Made by a program: the position numbers and the translations under genes
The notes under the pieces: generated by a model
What the model was told of the DNA's origin: nothing
Databases searched by the model: none
What the model saw: only the letters and a program-made list of their open reading frames with translations
Shown here: positions 29,464 through 39,048 of the stretch, piece after piece
Position numbering within the stretch: the first letter of the stretch is position 1
Layout: the number at the start of each line of letters is the position of its first letter
From: an uncultured Verrucomicrobiales bacterium
Lineage (GTDB): Bacteria > Verrucomicrobiota > Verrucomicrobiia > Verrucomicrobiales > Akkermansiaceae
Assembly: GCA_937893015.1 (NCBI GenBank)
Contig: CALBJX010000062.1
Span: 733 to 64,732 of the forward strand
Direction of reading: 5' to 3'
Length of the DNA: 64,000 nucleotides

Positions 29464-30609
29464 ATGAATCGAGAATGGAGTGCCGAAGAATTGGCTCACG
29501 GAGAAGAGCTGTATCGCCGTTGGGACGGGCTCATTTGGAGTATCGAGCGTGAACCCGACATTGCCTTGCTGAAAGAGGCCATGCTTTGCGGGTGTGCGGA
29601 TGCGGCGGAGAGTTTACAGGAATGTTGCTCTGCGGAGGACTTGACGGAATCGGAGTGGGACTGCTGCTATGAGCTGGCTCCCGATTCGGATACGGCCTAT
29701 GTACTCGGAGATTATCATGACGAAGAAGGGCGTGTTGAACTCGCCGTGAAGTGGTGGCGTCGCGCGGCACAGGCGGGGCACACGGAGGCTCAGTATTGTC
29801 TTGCGTTGCAATATGAAGATGGCATCGGGGTGGCTCAGGATTGGGGGTGGGCGCTCTTCTGGTATCAAAAGGCAGCCGACGCTGAAGAGACCCGTGCATG
29901 GTGCAATTTGGGCATATGTTACAAAGAAGGCAAGGGTGTAGACAAAGATGAAAAGAAAGCCTATCGGCTGACGAAGTTGGCTGCCGAAGCAGGAAACGCT
30001 AACGCTTGTTACAATCTGGGTAACATGTATCGTTTGGGAAAGTGTGTTCGAAAGAATTATAAAAAGGCGTTTCACTATTTTCAAGTCGCCGTTGATAAAG
30101 GTCATGTCTTCGCCTTGACGAACCTCGGCTACTGCTACCATTGGGGCTATGGTTGCGAGGTGAATGATGAAAAAGCCGTGGATCTTTTCCGCCGAGCTAT
30201 AGCGGCGGGGGATAGGGATTGCTCGGCGTTCAATCTGGCTCATCGCTACCGCAAAGGTGAAGGTGTGGAACAGGATTATGCTCAGGCGTGGAAGTATTTC
30301 CGCATGGCCGTGGCTCATGGTTACGTCCATGCTTACCGCGCTATGGGTTATATGGCTCTCAACGGCCAAGGCATGCCGAAGAAAGATGCGGCAAAGGCGG
30401 TGCGCTATTTCCGCAAGGGGGTGAAAGCGGGAGACCGCAAATATTGCCACGCATGGCTGGCGCGCTGCTATGAGCAGGGGCTCGGCGTGAAAAAGAACAT
30501 CCGCAAAGCCTACGAGCACTTGCGGGAGGCTCTGGCGGCGGGCTATGATGAGAAACGCCGCATCAAGCGCATCACCGCCAAGGCCGCGGCCGCTGGGCTT
30601 GTGCCGTGA
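29464..30609 (+). CDS. Sel1-repeat protein (about 7 repeats), no obvious signal peptide
   Basis: Repeated NLG.CY..G.GV.KD...A...Y..AA..G pattern; start moved to ATG 29464 because the track start lies inside the tRNA. Confidence 0.85.
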   Translation: MNREWSAEELAHGEELYRRWDGLIWSIEREPDIALLKEAMLCGCADAAESLQECCSAEDLTESEWDCCYELAPDSDTAYVLGDYHDEEGRVELAVKWWRRAAQAGHTEAQYCLALQYEDGIGVAQDWGWALFWYQKAADAEETRAWCNLGICYKEGKGVDKDEKKAYRLTKLAAEAGNANACYNLGNMYRLGKCVRKNYKKAFHYFQVAVDKGHVFALTNLGYCYHWGYGCEVNDEKAVDLFRRAIAAGDRDCSAFNLAHRYRKGEGVEQDYAQAWKYFRMAVAHGYVHAYRAMGYMALNGQGMPKKDAAKAVRYFRKGVKAGDRKYCHAWLARCYEQGLGVKKNIRKAYEHLREALAAGYDEKRRIKRITAKAAAAGLVP

Positions 30610-30668
30610 ACGCGTTTTCAGAGTTTGACTTTGCTCTGTTTTTTTGCTCTAATAGCGGCGTGCCCGAG

Positions 30669-31754
30669 ATGCCTGTCAGCTACATGTTCTTCGGCAGCGA
30701 CGAGGGCGCTGCCGCCGCCGCCGCATCGAAGAAATTCGCGGAACTCAGCGAGGGTTCCGACGGCTGGGGCAACGAGCAGATTGACGGCGCCGCCGCCACG
30801 GTGGACGAGGCTCTGAGCATCATCGAGCGCGTTATCTCCGGCCTGCAGATGATGAACATGTTCGGCGGTCGCAAGGTGATTTGGCTGAAGGGGGCGACCT
30901 TCCTCGGCGATTCTCCGCAGGGTGCGCGCAGCGAGGAGGTGCAAAAGGCCTTGGAGCATCTCGTCGAGGTGCTCGGCAACCTGCCGCCGGATACCTTTTT
31001 GGTGCTCCAAGCCACGGAGGTGGACAAACGCCGCAGCTTCTTCAAAAAGCTCTCTGCCGCGAGCGCGGCGAAGGAATTTTCTAAGATTGACATCACCAAG
31101 CCCGGCTGGGAGACGGAGCTCTCTGCCTTGGCCTTGAAAAACGCCAAGCCGCTGGGGCTGACTTTCGACAACGATGCGCTGGACCTCTTCGTGCACCGCG
31201 TCAATGAGAGCACGCGCCAGATTATCAACGAGATTTCCAAGCTGGATGTCTACCTCGGCCCCGATCGCCGCCGTATCACGGCAGAGGATGTGGAGCTCAT
31301 GGTGGCTGTGTCCCGCAACGGCGTGATTTTCGAGATTTCCCGCGCTATTGAGGGCGGGGACAGCCGCCGTGCCGTCCGTCTTGTGAACGAGCAGCTGGAG
31401 CATGGCGAGCAGGGCGTCACCATCATGCGCGCCGCCATTGTCCCCACTGTCCGCAACCGTTTCTGTGCACGCCTGCTGTTGGATGAGTATCACCTCGATG
31501 CGGGCAACTATCGCGCCTTTGAAGCCGCTCTCAACCGCCTGCCCGAGGAGGGCCGCAAACTGTTGCCTCTCAAAAAGGACGGCACACCGAATGCCTACAG
31601 CGTGTTCAACGCCGCCCGCAGCTGCGGTAAACTGACGCTCAAAAAGGCCCGCCGCGACCTCCAAGCCTGTGCCGCAGCCGACCGCCAAATGGTCTCCAGC
31701 GGTCTGGACCCGCGCGATATTCTCCACAAACTCATCATCACGCTCACGGCGTAA
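30669..31754 (+). CDS. holA: DNA polymerase III delta subunit
   Basis: Y.FFGSDE, MNMFGGRKVIWLK, VDKRR.FFKKL, INEISKLDVYLG...IT.EDVE and IFE patterns. Confidence 0.8.
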   Translation: MPVSYMFFGSDEGAAAAAASKKFAELSEGSDGWGNEQIDGAAATVDEALSIIERVISGLQMMNMFGGRKVIWLKGATFLGDSPQGARSEEVQKALEHLVEVLGNLPPDTFLVLQATEVDKRRSFFKKLSAASAAKEFSKIDITKPGWETELSALALKNAKPLGLTFDNDALDLFVHRVNESTRQIINEISKLDVYLGPDRRRITAEDVELMVAVSRNGVIFEISRAIEGGDSRRAVRLVNEQLEHGEQGVTIMRAAIVPTVRNRFCARLLLDEYHLDAGNYRAFEAALNRLPEEGRKLLPLKKDGTPNAYSVFNAARSCGKLTLKKARRDLQACAAADRQMVSSGLDPRDILHKLIITLTA

Positions 31755-31763
31755 CCCCTTCTC

Positions 31764-32678
31764 ATGAAACGCCGCCTCTTCCTGTTCTGTGCCGTCTTTT
31801 CCACGCTTCCCCTGTATGCCGTGGATTGGCTGACGAATGTGGAGGAGGCGCAGAAGCTGGCCGCGGAGCAGGGGAAGGCTGTGCTGGTTGATTTCACCGG
31901 CACGGACTGGTGTGTGTATTGCCGCGAGATGCACGCCAAGGTGCTCGATACGCCCGAGTTTGAGGCCTACGCCGCGCCGAAGTTCATTTGTGTGGAGATG
32001 GATTTGCCGCACAAGCCCCTGTTGACGCCCGCTCAGTTGGAATACAACCGCGGCATCGTGAAGCGCTATGGTGTGACGGGCTACCCGACCCTGCTGGTGC
32101 TGAATCGTGCGGGTGAGGTGACGGGCGGCTTTATCGGCGGCAAGGCAGAGCTCGGCTATGTGCGTGAGCAGCTGGATATCGCACTGGAAAATGCAAACAA
32201 CCTGCCCCGCTTAGCGGAGCTCACGGGTGCGGAGCGCGTGCGAGCCTTACAGAACCTCTACACCTCCTTCCGCGGTCTGGAAAAACTCGGCACCTCCCAC
32301 GTGTACCGCAAGCTCCTGTTGGCGGCGGATACGGAGGACGTGACAGGGATTCAGACGGAGGAACGCACCTTCCGCCGCTTGGCGGAATACCGCGCCCGCC
32401 TGCAGGCTACCGATGAGGAAACGGCGCAGATGGCCGTTATCGAGGAGGGCTTAGCTGCGGAAACAGCGCCCGAGTTGCGCGTGGAGCTGCTCAACCGCAA
32501 GGTTCAAATCATGCAGCGCCATGTGGAGACCCTCGATGACCTGATGGCGATGAAGGCTGTCATGCTGGAATCCGCCCGTCAGCTGCCCGAGCATGCGGAC
32601 GCCATGGTCGATTCCGTGGAAATGACCTTCCGCGACCCGGAGTTCCTGCTGCAACTCATCAAGGACCAGCGGAAGTAG
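31764..32678 (+). CDS. Exported thioredoxin-fold protein (WCVYC) with helical C-terminal extension
   Basis: Signal peptide; WLTN.EEA..LA....KAVLVDFTGTDWCVYC; YGVTGYPTLLVL. Confidence 0.82.
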   Translation: MKRRLFLFCAVFSTLPLYAVDWLTNVEEAQKLAAEQGKAVLVDFTGTDWCVYCREMHAKVLDTPEFEAYAAPKFICVEMDLPHKPLLTPAQLEYNRGIVKRYGVTGYPTLLVLNRAGEVTGGFIGGKAELGYVREQLDIALENANNLPRLAELTGAERVRALQNLYTSFRGLEKLGTSHVYRKLLLAADTEDVTGIQTEERTFRRLAEYRARLQATDEETAQMAVIEEGLAAETAPELRVELLNRKVQIMQRHVETLDDLMAMKAVMLESARQLPEHADAMVDSVEMTFRDPEFLLQLIKDQRK

Positions 32679-32708
32679 CCATCAGCAGCAGGGGCGCGGT
32701 CGCATGCC

Positions 32709-33503
32709 TCACTTCTCTTTCTGCACAATGGTTCTGGTGGGGTAAGCGAATTCGATACCTTCCCTGTTGAAGGTGTCGTAGAGAGCGCGGGCGAGCTCGT
32801 AGCGGGTGGTGATGTAGTCCTCCGTCTTGCACCAGCAGCAGATGTTGATATCAATGCTGCTGTCCCCGAAGGCGAGGAAGCGGAAGACGGGGGCGGGCTC
32901 TTTCAGAATGCCGGGCAAGGCGGCTGCGGTTTGCAGGGCGACTGCCTCCAGCTTGTGCCAATCCGTGCCGTAGACGACGCCGACTTTGATGTCGCAGCGG
33001 CGTGTTGACAGGCGTGTGGTGTCGTAGACGGCGTTTTTGATGAAGGTCTCGCAGGGAATGCGGACGATGCTGTTGTCATCCGTGCGGATGGAGACGGAGA
33101 GGTAGTTGATGTCCTGCACGACACCGCTGTCATTGCCGACACGGACATAGGCGTTGAGGCGCAGCGCACGCTCCCACATCAGGAAAAAGCCGCTGATGAG
33201 ATTGCTGAGCGCCGTCTGCGAGGCGAAGCCGATGGCGATACCCGCGACGCCCGCTGCTCCCAGCACCGCCATCAGATCCACACCGACTTTCTCCAGTGCC
33301 TCGATGATGGTAAGCGTCCAGACGATGATGCATATCGTGCGGACGATAATCACGCGCATGGTGGACGGCACCTTCGTCATCCGCTTACCGACGCGGCGGA
33401 TGATGAGTGTCAGAATCAGACCGCAGAGCAGACAGAGCATCATCCGTAGGACGCCCTTCAACATCGGGTCAGCAAGCAGGTCGTGAATGAAATCAATGTT
33501 CAT
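32709..33503 (-). CDS. Small-conductance mechanosensitive channel (MscS family)
   Basis: GAAGVAGIAIGFASQ..LSNLISG, TDDNSIVRIP, FGDSSI and GIEFAYP motifs. Confidence 0.9.
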   Translation of the reverse strand: MNIDFIHDLLADPMLKGVLRMMLCLLCGLILTLIIRRVGKRMTKVPSTMRVIIVRTICIIVWTLTIIEALEKVGVDLMAVLGAAGVAGIAIGFASQTALSNLISGFFLMWERALRLNAYVRVGNDSGVVQDINYLSVSIRTDDNSIVRIPCETFIKNAVYDTTRLSTRRCDIKVGVVYGTDWHKLEAVALQTAAALPGILKEPAPVFRFLAFGDSSIDINICCWCKTEDYITTRYELARALYDTFNREGIEFAYPTRTIVQKEK

Positions 33504-33530
33504 GGAAAATGGTCGGTTGACGAGGAAAGG

Positions 33531-33562
33531 AAAACGGTCTGACGTTCACGTCAGACCGTTTT
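33531..33562. repeat. GGTCTGAC palindromic element, probable terminator (copy 4)
   Basis: AAAACGGTCTGACGT-tc-ACGTCAGACCGTTTT downstream of dapL, flanked by GAGCGAAGCGAG and a CTCCTCA CTTCGTA TATCGTA heptamer run. Confidence 0.78.
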
Positions 33563-33612
33563 GTCTATGCACGAGCGAAGCGAGTCTGACTCCTCACTTC
33601 GTATATCGTACA

Positions 33613-34851
33613 TTACGCGAGCAGGGCCTTGATGCGGCGGCAGACTTCTTCGACATTCGCGCGGCTGTTGAAGGCGGAGATGCGGAAGAATCCCTCACCA
33701 TGCGCACCGAAGCCCGCACCGGGGGTGATGACCACGTTGGCCTCCTCGAGCATCTTGTCGAAGAACTCCCAGCTGCCCATGCCATTGGGGGTCTGCACCC
33801 ACACATAGGGGGCATTGGCACCGCCCCAGACCTTGAGCCCCGCCTCGCGGCAGGCCTCGCTGAGCAGCTTGGCGTTGGTGAGGTAGTGGTCGATGAGAGC
33901 ACGGGTCTGCGCCTGACCTTCGGGGGTGAAGAGGGCGGCCGCGCCGCGCTGCACGATGTAGCTCGCGCCGTTGAACTTGGTGGTGTGGCGGCGGCTCCAG
34001 AGCTTGGAGACGGGCACGTCGTTGCCCTTGGCGTCCTTGGCCGTGAGCTCGGCGGGGATGACGATGTAGCCGCAGCGCACGCCTGTGAAACCGCCCTGCT
34101 TGGAGAAGGATCGGAACTCGATGGCGCACTTGCGTGCCCCGGGGATGGCGAAGATGGAGGTGGGCACGCTGCCGTCCGTCACGAAGGCCTCATACGCGCC
34201 GTCGTAGAGCAGGATGGTGTCGTTGGCAAGAGCGTAATCCACCCACTTTTTGAGCTGGTCGTAGTTGGCGACGGCGCCCGTGGGGTTGTTCGGGAAGCAG
34301 AGGTAGGCGATGTCCACGTGCTGCTCGGGCACATCGGGCACAAAGCCGTTCTCGGGCGTGCAGGGCAGGTAGACGAGCCCCTCGTAGGAGCCGTCCTCGC
34401 GGGCGGCACCCGTGTTGCCGTTCATGACGTTGGTGTCCACATACACGGGGTACACGGGATCGGGCACGGCAATCACGTTGTTGTGGCCGAAGATGTCGAG
34501 AATGTTGCCCGTGTCGCACTTGGCGCCGTCGGAGACATAGATTTCATCCGCGCTCACGTTTACGCCGCGGTCCTGATAGGACACCTTGGCGATGGCCTCG
34601 CGCAGCCAGGCGTAGCCCTGCTCGGGGCCGTAACCATGGAAGGTCTCTGCCTTGGCCTGATCATCGACCGCCTTGTGCATGGCCTCGATGGATGCCATGG
34701 GCAGGGGCTCGGTCACGTCGCCGATGCCGCAGCGGATGATGTTGGGGGCCTTATCGGGGTTGGCGGCGGCAAACGCCGCCACGCGACGGCCGATTTCGGG
34801 GAAGAGATAACCGGCCTGCAGTTTCAGGAAATTGTCGTTGAGGTATGCCAT
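33613..34851 (-). CDS. dapL: LL-diaminopimelate aminotransferase
   Basis: [46 protein letters not shown] and [12 protein letters not shown] motifs. Confidence 0.95.
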   Translation of the reverse strand: MAYLNDNFLKLQAGYLFPEIGRRVAAFAAANPDKAPNIIRCGIGDVTEPLPMASIEAMHKAVDDQAKAETFHGYGPEQGYAWLREAIAKVSYQDRGVNVSADEIYVSDGAKCDTGNILDIFGHNNVIAVPDPVYPVYVDTNVMNGNTGAAREDGSYEGLVYLPCTPENGFVPDVPEQHVDIAYLCFPNNPTGAVANYDQLKKWVDYALANDTILLYDGAYEAFVTDGSVPTSIFAIPGARKCAIEFRSFSKQGGFTGVRCGYIVIPAELTAKDAKGNDVPVSKLWSRRHTTKFNGASYIVQRGAAALFTPEGQAQTRALIDHYLTNAKLLSEACREAGLKVWGGANAPYVWVQTPNGMGSWEFFDKMLEEANVVITPGAGFGAHGEGFFRISAFNSRANVEEVCRRIKALLA

Positions 34852-34938
34852 ACGCGGGAGATGATACGCGTTTTTGTCGAAAAATCAAGCCAAGAATCTT
34901 GATGCGTCGTACATTGTTCTTTGTTCTTGGCGCCGCTC

Positions 34939-35871
34939 TTAAAAACGCGTCATGTCGCGGAAGGCGTCCATGCGCTCGCGCAGCTCGGCGCGGGAAAGCG
35001 CGAACAGGGAGATGGTGCCGAATTTTTCACAGACGGCCCCCGCGACGACCGTCGCAATGGCCATGGCGGCTTTCATGTCCTCCCACGCAGGCTTGCCGCC
35101 GTTCACGCAGGAGGTAAGCACGCCCGCCATGGCACCCATGAAGGCGTCGCCCGCGCCTGTGGGGTCCTGCGGGCGGATGAGCGGCCACGCGGGGCAGCGG
35201 AAAATTTTGGTGTCGCCTGTTTCCGTGCGGTGGAGCAGGGTGGCACCTGCGCTGCCGTGCTTCACCACGGCGTAGCGGGGACCCGCGGCGAGCAGGGCGT
35301 GCCCCGCCTCCAACACGTCCTCCGTGCCGGCGAAAGCGCGCACCTCGCTGTCGTTCATGAGGGCCAAGTCCACCTGCGCGAGAATCGCATCCACGTTGTC
35401 GCGTTCGCGGCGAATCCAGCTCTCCATGAAATCCGCCATGGTGAACTGCGCCCCGCGGCATTGCTCCAGCATGCGGCGTTGCAGGCGCGGCGTCACGTTG
35501 CAGGCACAGGCAATGGCGCAGGAACGCAGCTCGTCGGAAAGGTGCATCTCCCATGTCTCCTGCACGCCCTCAACGGTGGAGAGGGAGGTGCGGTTGTTCA
35601 TGTCCTCCTCGTACTGCCCCGTCCATGCGAAGGTTTGCCCCTTTTCATGGGCAATGTGCGCGGTGCTCACGCCGCGGGCGTTGAGCGCGGCTTCGTAGGC
35701 GCTCGGGAAATCGTCGCCCACCACGCCCACGAGGTCGAGCTTGTCGGTGATGAGGCGTGCGGCCAGCGCGGCGTAGGGCCCGCTGCCGCCCATGACGGAG
35801 CTGACCTGCCCCTTCGGGGTGATGAGGGTGTCGATGGCAATGGTGCCGTAGATGAGAGCGCGGTCGGACAT
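34939..35871 (-). CDS. PfkB/ribokinase-family carbohydrate kinase
   Basis: G.IAIDTL.TP, GGSGPY, VGVVGDDF, NDSE, VKHGSAGA and DPTGAGDAFMG motifs. Confidence 0.88.
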   Translation of the reverse strand: MSDRALIYGTIAIDTLITPKGQVSSVMGGSGPYAALAARLITDKLDLVGVVGDDFPSAYEAALNARGVSTAHIAHEKGQTFAWTGQYEEDMNNRTSLSTVEGVQETWEMHLSDELRSCAIACACNVTPRLQRRMLEQCRGAQFTMADFMESWIRRERDNVDAILAQVDLALMNDSEVRAFAGTEDVLEAGHALLAAGPRYAVVKHGSAGATLLHRTETGDTKIFRCPAWPLIRPQDPTGAGDAFMGAMAGVLTSCVNGGKPAWEDMKAAMAIATVVAGAVCEKFGTISLFALSRAELRERMDAFRDMTRF

Positions 35872-35880
35872 GGTTGATTA

Positions 35881-38163
35881 TTAGACGTTTATCATGGCGA
35901 GCAGGGCCGCTTCGTCGATGATGGGGATGTTCAGTTTGGCGGCCTTCTCCCGCTTGGAGCCGCCGCCCTCGCCCGCGACGAGGTAATCCGTGTTCTTGGT
36001 GACGGAGCCCGTGGCCTTGCCGCCCGCCGCGGCAATCATCTTCTCGAACTCGGGGCGGGGGCGGGAGAGGGCACCCGTGAGCACGAAGGTCTTGCCGCTG
36101 AGGGGGCCGACCGCACTTTCGTTGAGGTTTTCCGTGAAGCCTGCGGAGAGCGGGGCGATGCCCAGGTCCGCCAGCGCGGCGAGCACGCCCTGACCCGCGG
36201 CGGACGCAAAGTAGCGGCGCAGGTGGCGTGTGGAGACGGAGCCGAGCGGGTTGGTGAGTTTCAGCTTGTTGGGGCCGTCTGCTGCGATGCTCAGGTAGCC
36301 GCGCGTGATGTAGGGCTCCGCTGCTGCCGTGAACTGCGTGCGCAGGGCCTCGCGTTCGGCGGTGAGCACTTCCTTGTCCGCGCCCTTGTTGGCCTTGGCG
36401 GCGGGGTTGAGGGCGTTGTAGCGGTCGATGTCCTGCTCCAAGGCGGCGAGCAGGGTGAGGTAGTCGCTCGTCGCCAGCTCGGCAAGGCTGCGGTGGTAGG
36501 TGGCTGCGGCGCGGGCGGTGACGGTGCCGATGGTGGGGATGCCGAAGGCCGTCAGCCAGCGTTCCAGAGGCATGGCCTTCGCTTTCTCCAGCGCGGCGAG
36601 AGCCTTGGCGGCGTTCTTCTCACCGAAGCGGCGGGGCTCTTCGTCCGTACCGAGGTTCAGCGCACCGAGTTCTTCGAGCGACAGGCGGAAGAGATCCAGC
36701 GGCGTGGCGATGAGCCCGCGGTTGACAAGGGCTTCCGCCACCGTGCCGCCGAGGTTTTCGATGTCCAGCGCCTCGCGCTTGCAGAAGTAGGTGGTGCGCA
36801 TGGCGGCCTGCGCGGGGCAGGTGAGGTTGGTGCAACGCCACGCGACCTGCCCTTCCTCTTGCGCAATGGGTGCGCCGCAGCAGGGGCACACGCCGCCCAC
36901 GGCCTCGTAGAGATTGTAGGGCTGCGCATCGGCGGGGCGTTTCTCTTTCACCACATGAACGACGGCGGGGATGATTTCGCCGCTCTTTTCCATGAGCAGG
37001 GTGTCGCCCACGCGGATGTCCTTGCGCTCAATTTCATCCGCATTGTGCAGCGTGGCGCGGGAGACCGTGGTGCCGGAGAGCTTGACGGGCTCCAGCTCCG
37101 CCACGGGGGTGAGCACGCCGGTGCGCCCCACTTGGATGGTGATGGCCTTGAGGATGGTTTCCTTCTGCTCGGGCAGGTACTTGAAGGCGGCGGCCCAGCG
37201 GGGGGCGCGGGCGGTGCTGCCGAGGGCCGCGCGGGCGGCGAAATCATCCAGCTTGATGACGGCACCATCCGTGCCGAAGCCCAGCGTGCGGCGCACGCGG
37301 TCAATCTCCGCCACGGCGGCGCGCACGGCGACGAGGCCCTCCGCTCGCAGAATCGGCGTGTTGTAGGGGATGCCCATGCGGGCGAGCAGGGCTTCGTAGT
37401 CCTCCATGCTGGTGAAGGTCACGCCTTCGTGTACGCCGATGCCGTGCGCGAGGAAACGCAGGGGGCGCCGCGCCACCTCCGCAGGGTCCAGTAGCTTGAT
37501 GGTGCCTGCCGTGGCGTTGCGCGGGTTGGCGAACGCGGGTAGCCCGTCTGCGTCGCGCTCTTCGTTCATGCGGTCGAAGTCCGCCGAGGGCATAAAGATT
37601 TCGCCGCGCACCTCCAGCAACTCGGGGGCACCGGCCGGCAGGGTGAAGGGCACATCCTTCATGGTGCGGACATTGACGGTGATGTCGTCGCCCGTGCGGC
37701 CGTCGCCGCGGGTGGCGGCGTAGGCCAGCTTGCCGTCGCGGTAGAGCAGGGTCACGGCGCAGCCGTCAATCTTGGGCTCCACAACCACCTTCGGAGCCCG
37801 CTGCCCGAGCTGTTCCTCCAAGCGGGTGTAGAAGTCGATGAGTTCGGCATCTGTCTCGCCCTGCTCGGGCTTGTGTTCAAAGATATCGTCGATGCTCTGC
37901 ATCGGGGCAGGGTGTGTCACCTTGCGAAAACCTTCGCTCAGGTCGTTGCCCACCTTTTGCGTGGGGGAGTCGGGCGTGATGAAGTCCGGGTGCTCGCGCT
38001 CGATGTCCTCTATCTCGCGGTACAGGCGGTCGTATTCCGCGTCGCTGATTTCGGGGGTTGCCTTGGCGTAGTAGAGCTCGTTGTTGCGGCGCACGACGTC
38101 GCACAAACGCTCATAGCGTTCGCGGGGGGATTCCTGCGCAGCGGCGTATTCGAAGAGGTCCAT
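35881..38163 (-). CDS. ligA: NAD-dependent DNA ligase
   Basis: ISDAEYD, PDSPTQKVG, EPKIDG, TRGDG, NPRNA, VGRTG, ATLHN, Cys4 finger and BRCT; promoter TTGACC-17-TACAAT lies 10 nt before ATG 38163. Confidence 0.97.
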   Translation of the reverse strand: MDLFEYAAAQESPRERYERLCDVVRRNNELYYAKATPEISDAEYDRLYREIEDIEREHPDFITPDSPTQKVGNDLSEGFRKVTHPAPMQSIDDIFEHKPEQGETDAELIDFYTRLEEQLGQRAPKVVVEPKIDGCAVTLLYRDGKLAYAATRGDGRTGDDITVNVRTMKDVPFTLPAGAPELLEVRGEIFMPSADFDRMNEERDADGLPAFANPRNATAGTIKLLDPAEVARRPLRFLAHGIGVHEGVTFTSMEDYEALLARMGIPYNTPILRAEGLVAVRAAVAEIDRVRRTLGFGTDGAVIKLDDFAARAALGSTARAPRWAAAFKYLPEQKETILKAITIQVGRTGVLTPVAELEPVKLSGTTVSRATLHNADEIERKDIRVGDTLLMEKSGEIIPAVVHVVKEKRPADAQPYNLYEAVGGVCPCCGAPIAQEEGQVAWRCTNLTCPAQAAMRTTYFCKREALDIENLGGTVAEALVNRGLIATPLDLFRLSLEELGALNLGTDEEPRRFGEKNAAKALAALEKAKAMPLERWLTAFGIPTIGTVTARAAATYHRSLAELATSDYLTLLAALEQDIDRYNALNPAAKANKGADKEVLTAEREALRTQFTAAAEPYITRGYLSIAADGPNKLKLTNPLGSVSTRHLRRYFASAAGQGVLAALADLGIAPLSAGFTENLNESAVGPLSGKTFVLTGALSRPRPEFEKMIAAAGGKATGSVTKNTDYLVAGEGGGSKREKAAKLNIPIIDEAALLAMINV

Positions 38164-38202
38164 GTCTGCCGGGATTGTACCATGCGCATGCGCTGCGGTC
38201 AA

Positions 38203-39009
38203 TCAGGGAAGTGCGGCGTGTTCGTGCAGGGAGATAAGCGTGGTGATGACGGCGTTCGCCTTGAACCAACCGATGCGGTTGCAGAGGACGAGACCCGTGA
38301 AATCCTGCCCTTTGTCGTCCTTCATCGGGTATTCGCGGACATCGGCGGCGAAGAGCCCGCGCTGGTACCGCGGCCATTCGCCTGCCACGTCGTCGGAGTC
38401 CGTGAGGTAGACGCGGGTGACGCATTGCCGCTCCTCGTCATATTCGATGCCCCAGAGGGAGAGCATGTGCCAGTGCGGCAGCAGGTGCAGCTCTTTGTCG
38501 ATGCGGCGAATGCCGATGCCCACGGCGTAGCCGTCGGCGAGCAGCTCTTTCAGTCGCGCGGACATGCCGCTTTTGGGCTCCTCCTGGAGGATGGTTGTAG
38601 CGGGAAAATCCTTTCCTGCCAAGGCTTCTGTGTAGTATGCCCCCAGCTGCATGCCCGAGGGCGTGCGGCGCATGGCGGCGGGCAGCTCTCCGCCCTTGAA
38701 CCACCAGACAAGCGTGTTGTAGGTCTCGCCGCCGCCGTCCTCAAAGCCGTTGCGCAGGGCTTCCCAGATGGCGCCGATGCCGCGCGGCGCGGCAGAAGCT
38801 GCCGCGGCCTCGGGGTTGCGCTCCTGCCACCACGCGAGCATGTTGGCGGAGGTCGCCGCCCAGCAGAGGCTGCGGTCGTTCTCCAAGGTTTTGTTCGCGT
38901 CCTGCCATCCTGCGGTGGGGGAGACACCCTTTACCCAATATGTCGCTCCCTCCGCCGTGCCGACGAGAGCGCAGATCAGAGAACAGAGCAGGGGAAGAAC
39001 GTGTCGCAT
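38203..39009 (-). CDS. Exported IdeS/Mac-family (C66-like) cysteine endopeptidase homolog
   Basis: Signal peptide; WVKGV...WQDANK...DRSLCWAATSANMLAWW; HMLSLWG..YD.....TRVYLTDSD, matching the Cys, His and Asp motifs of streptococcal IdeS (D.LLCGAA.AGNMLHWW; HVINLWG...IYVTDSD). Confidence 0.75.
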   Translation of the reverse strand: MRHVLPLLCSLICALVGTAEGATYWVKGVSPTAGWQDANKTLENDRSLCWAATSANMLAWWQERNPEAAAASAAPRGIGAIWEALRNGFEDGGGETYNTLVWWFKGGELPAAMRRTPSGMQLGAYYTEALAGKDFPATTILQEEPKSGMSARLKELLADGYAVGIGIRRIDKELHLLPHWHMLSLWGIEYDEERQCVTRVYLTDSDDVAGEWPRYQRGLFAADVREYPMKDDKGQDFTGLVLCNRIGWFKANAVITTLISLHEHAALP

Positions 39010-39048
39010 GAACGGAATGCTAAGGAAAAGATATGGTGAAGTCAAGTT

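Noticed and set aside
29275..30609. Genomic island or prophage integrated at tRNA-Ser
   Set aside because: I found no integrase and no duplicated tRNA 3' end, and housekeeping holA follows after a single gene.
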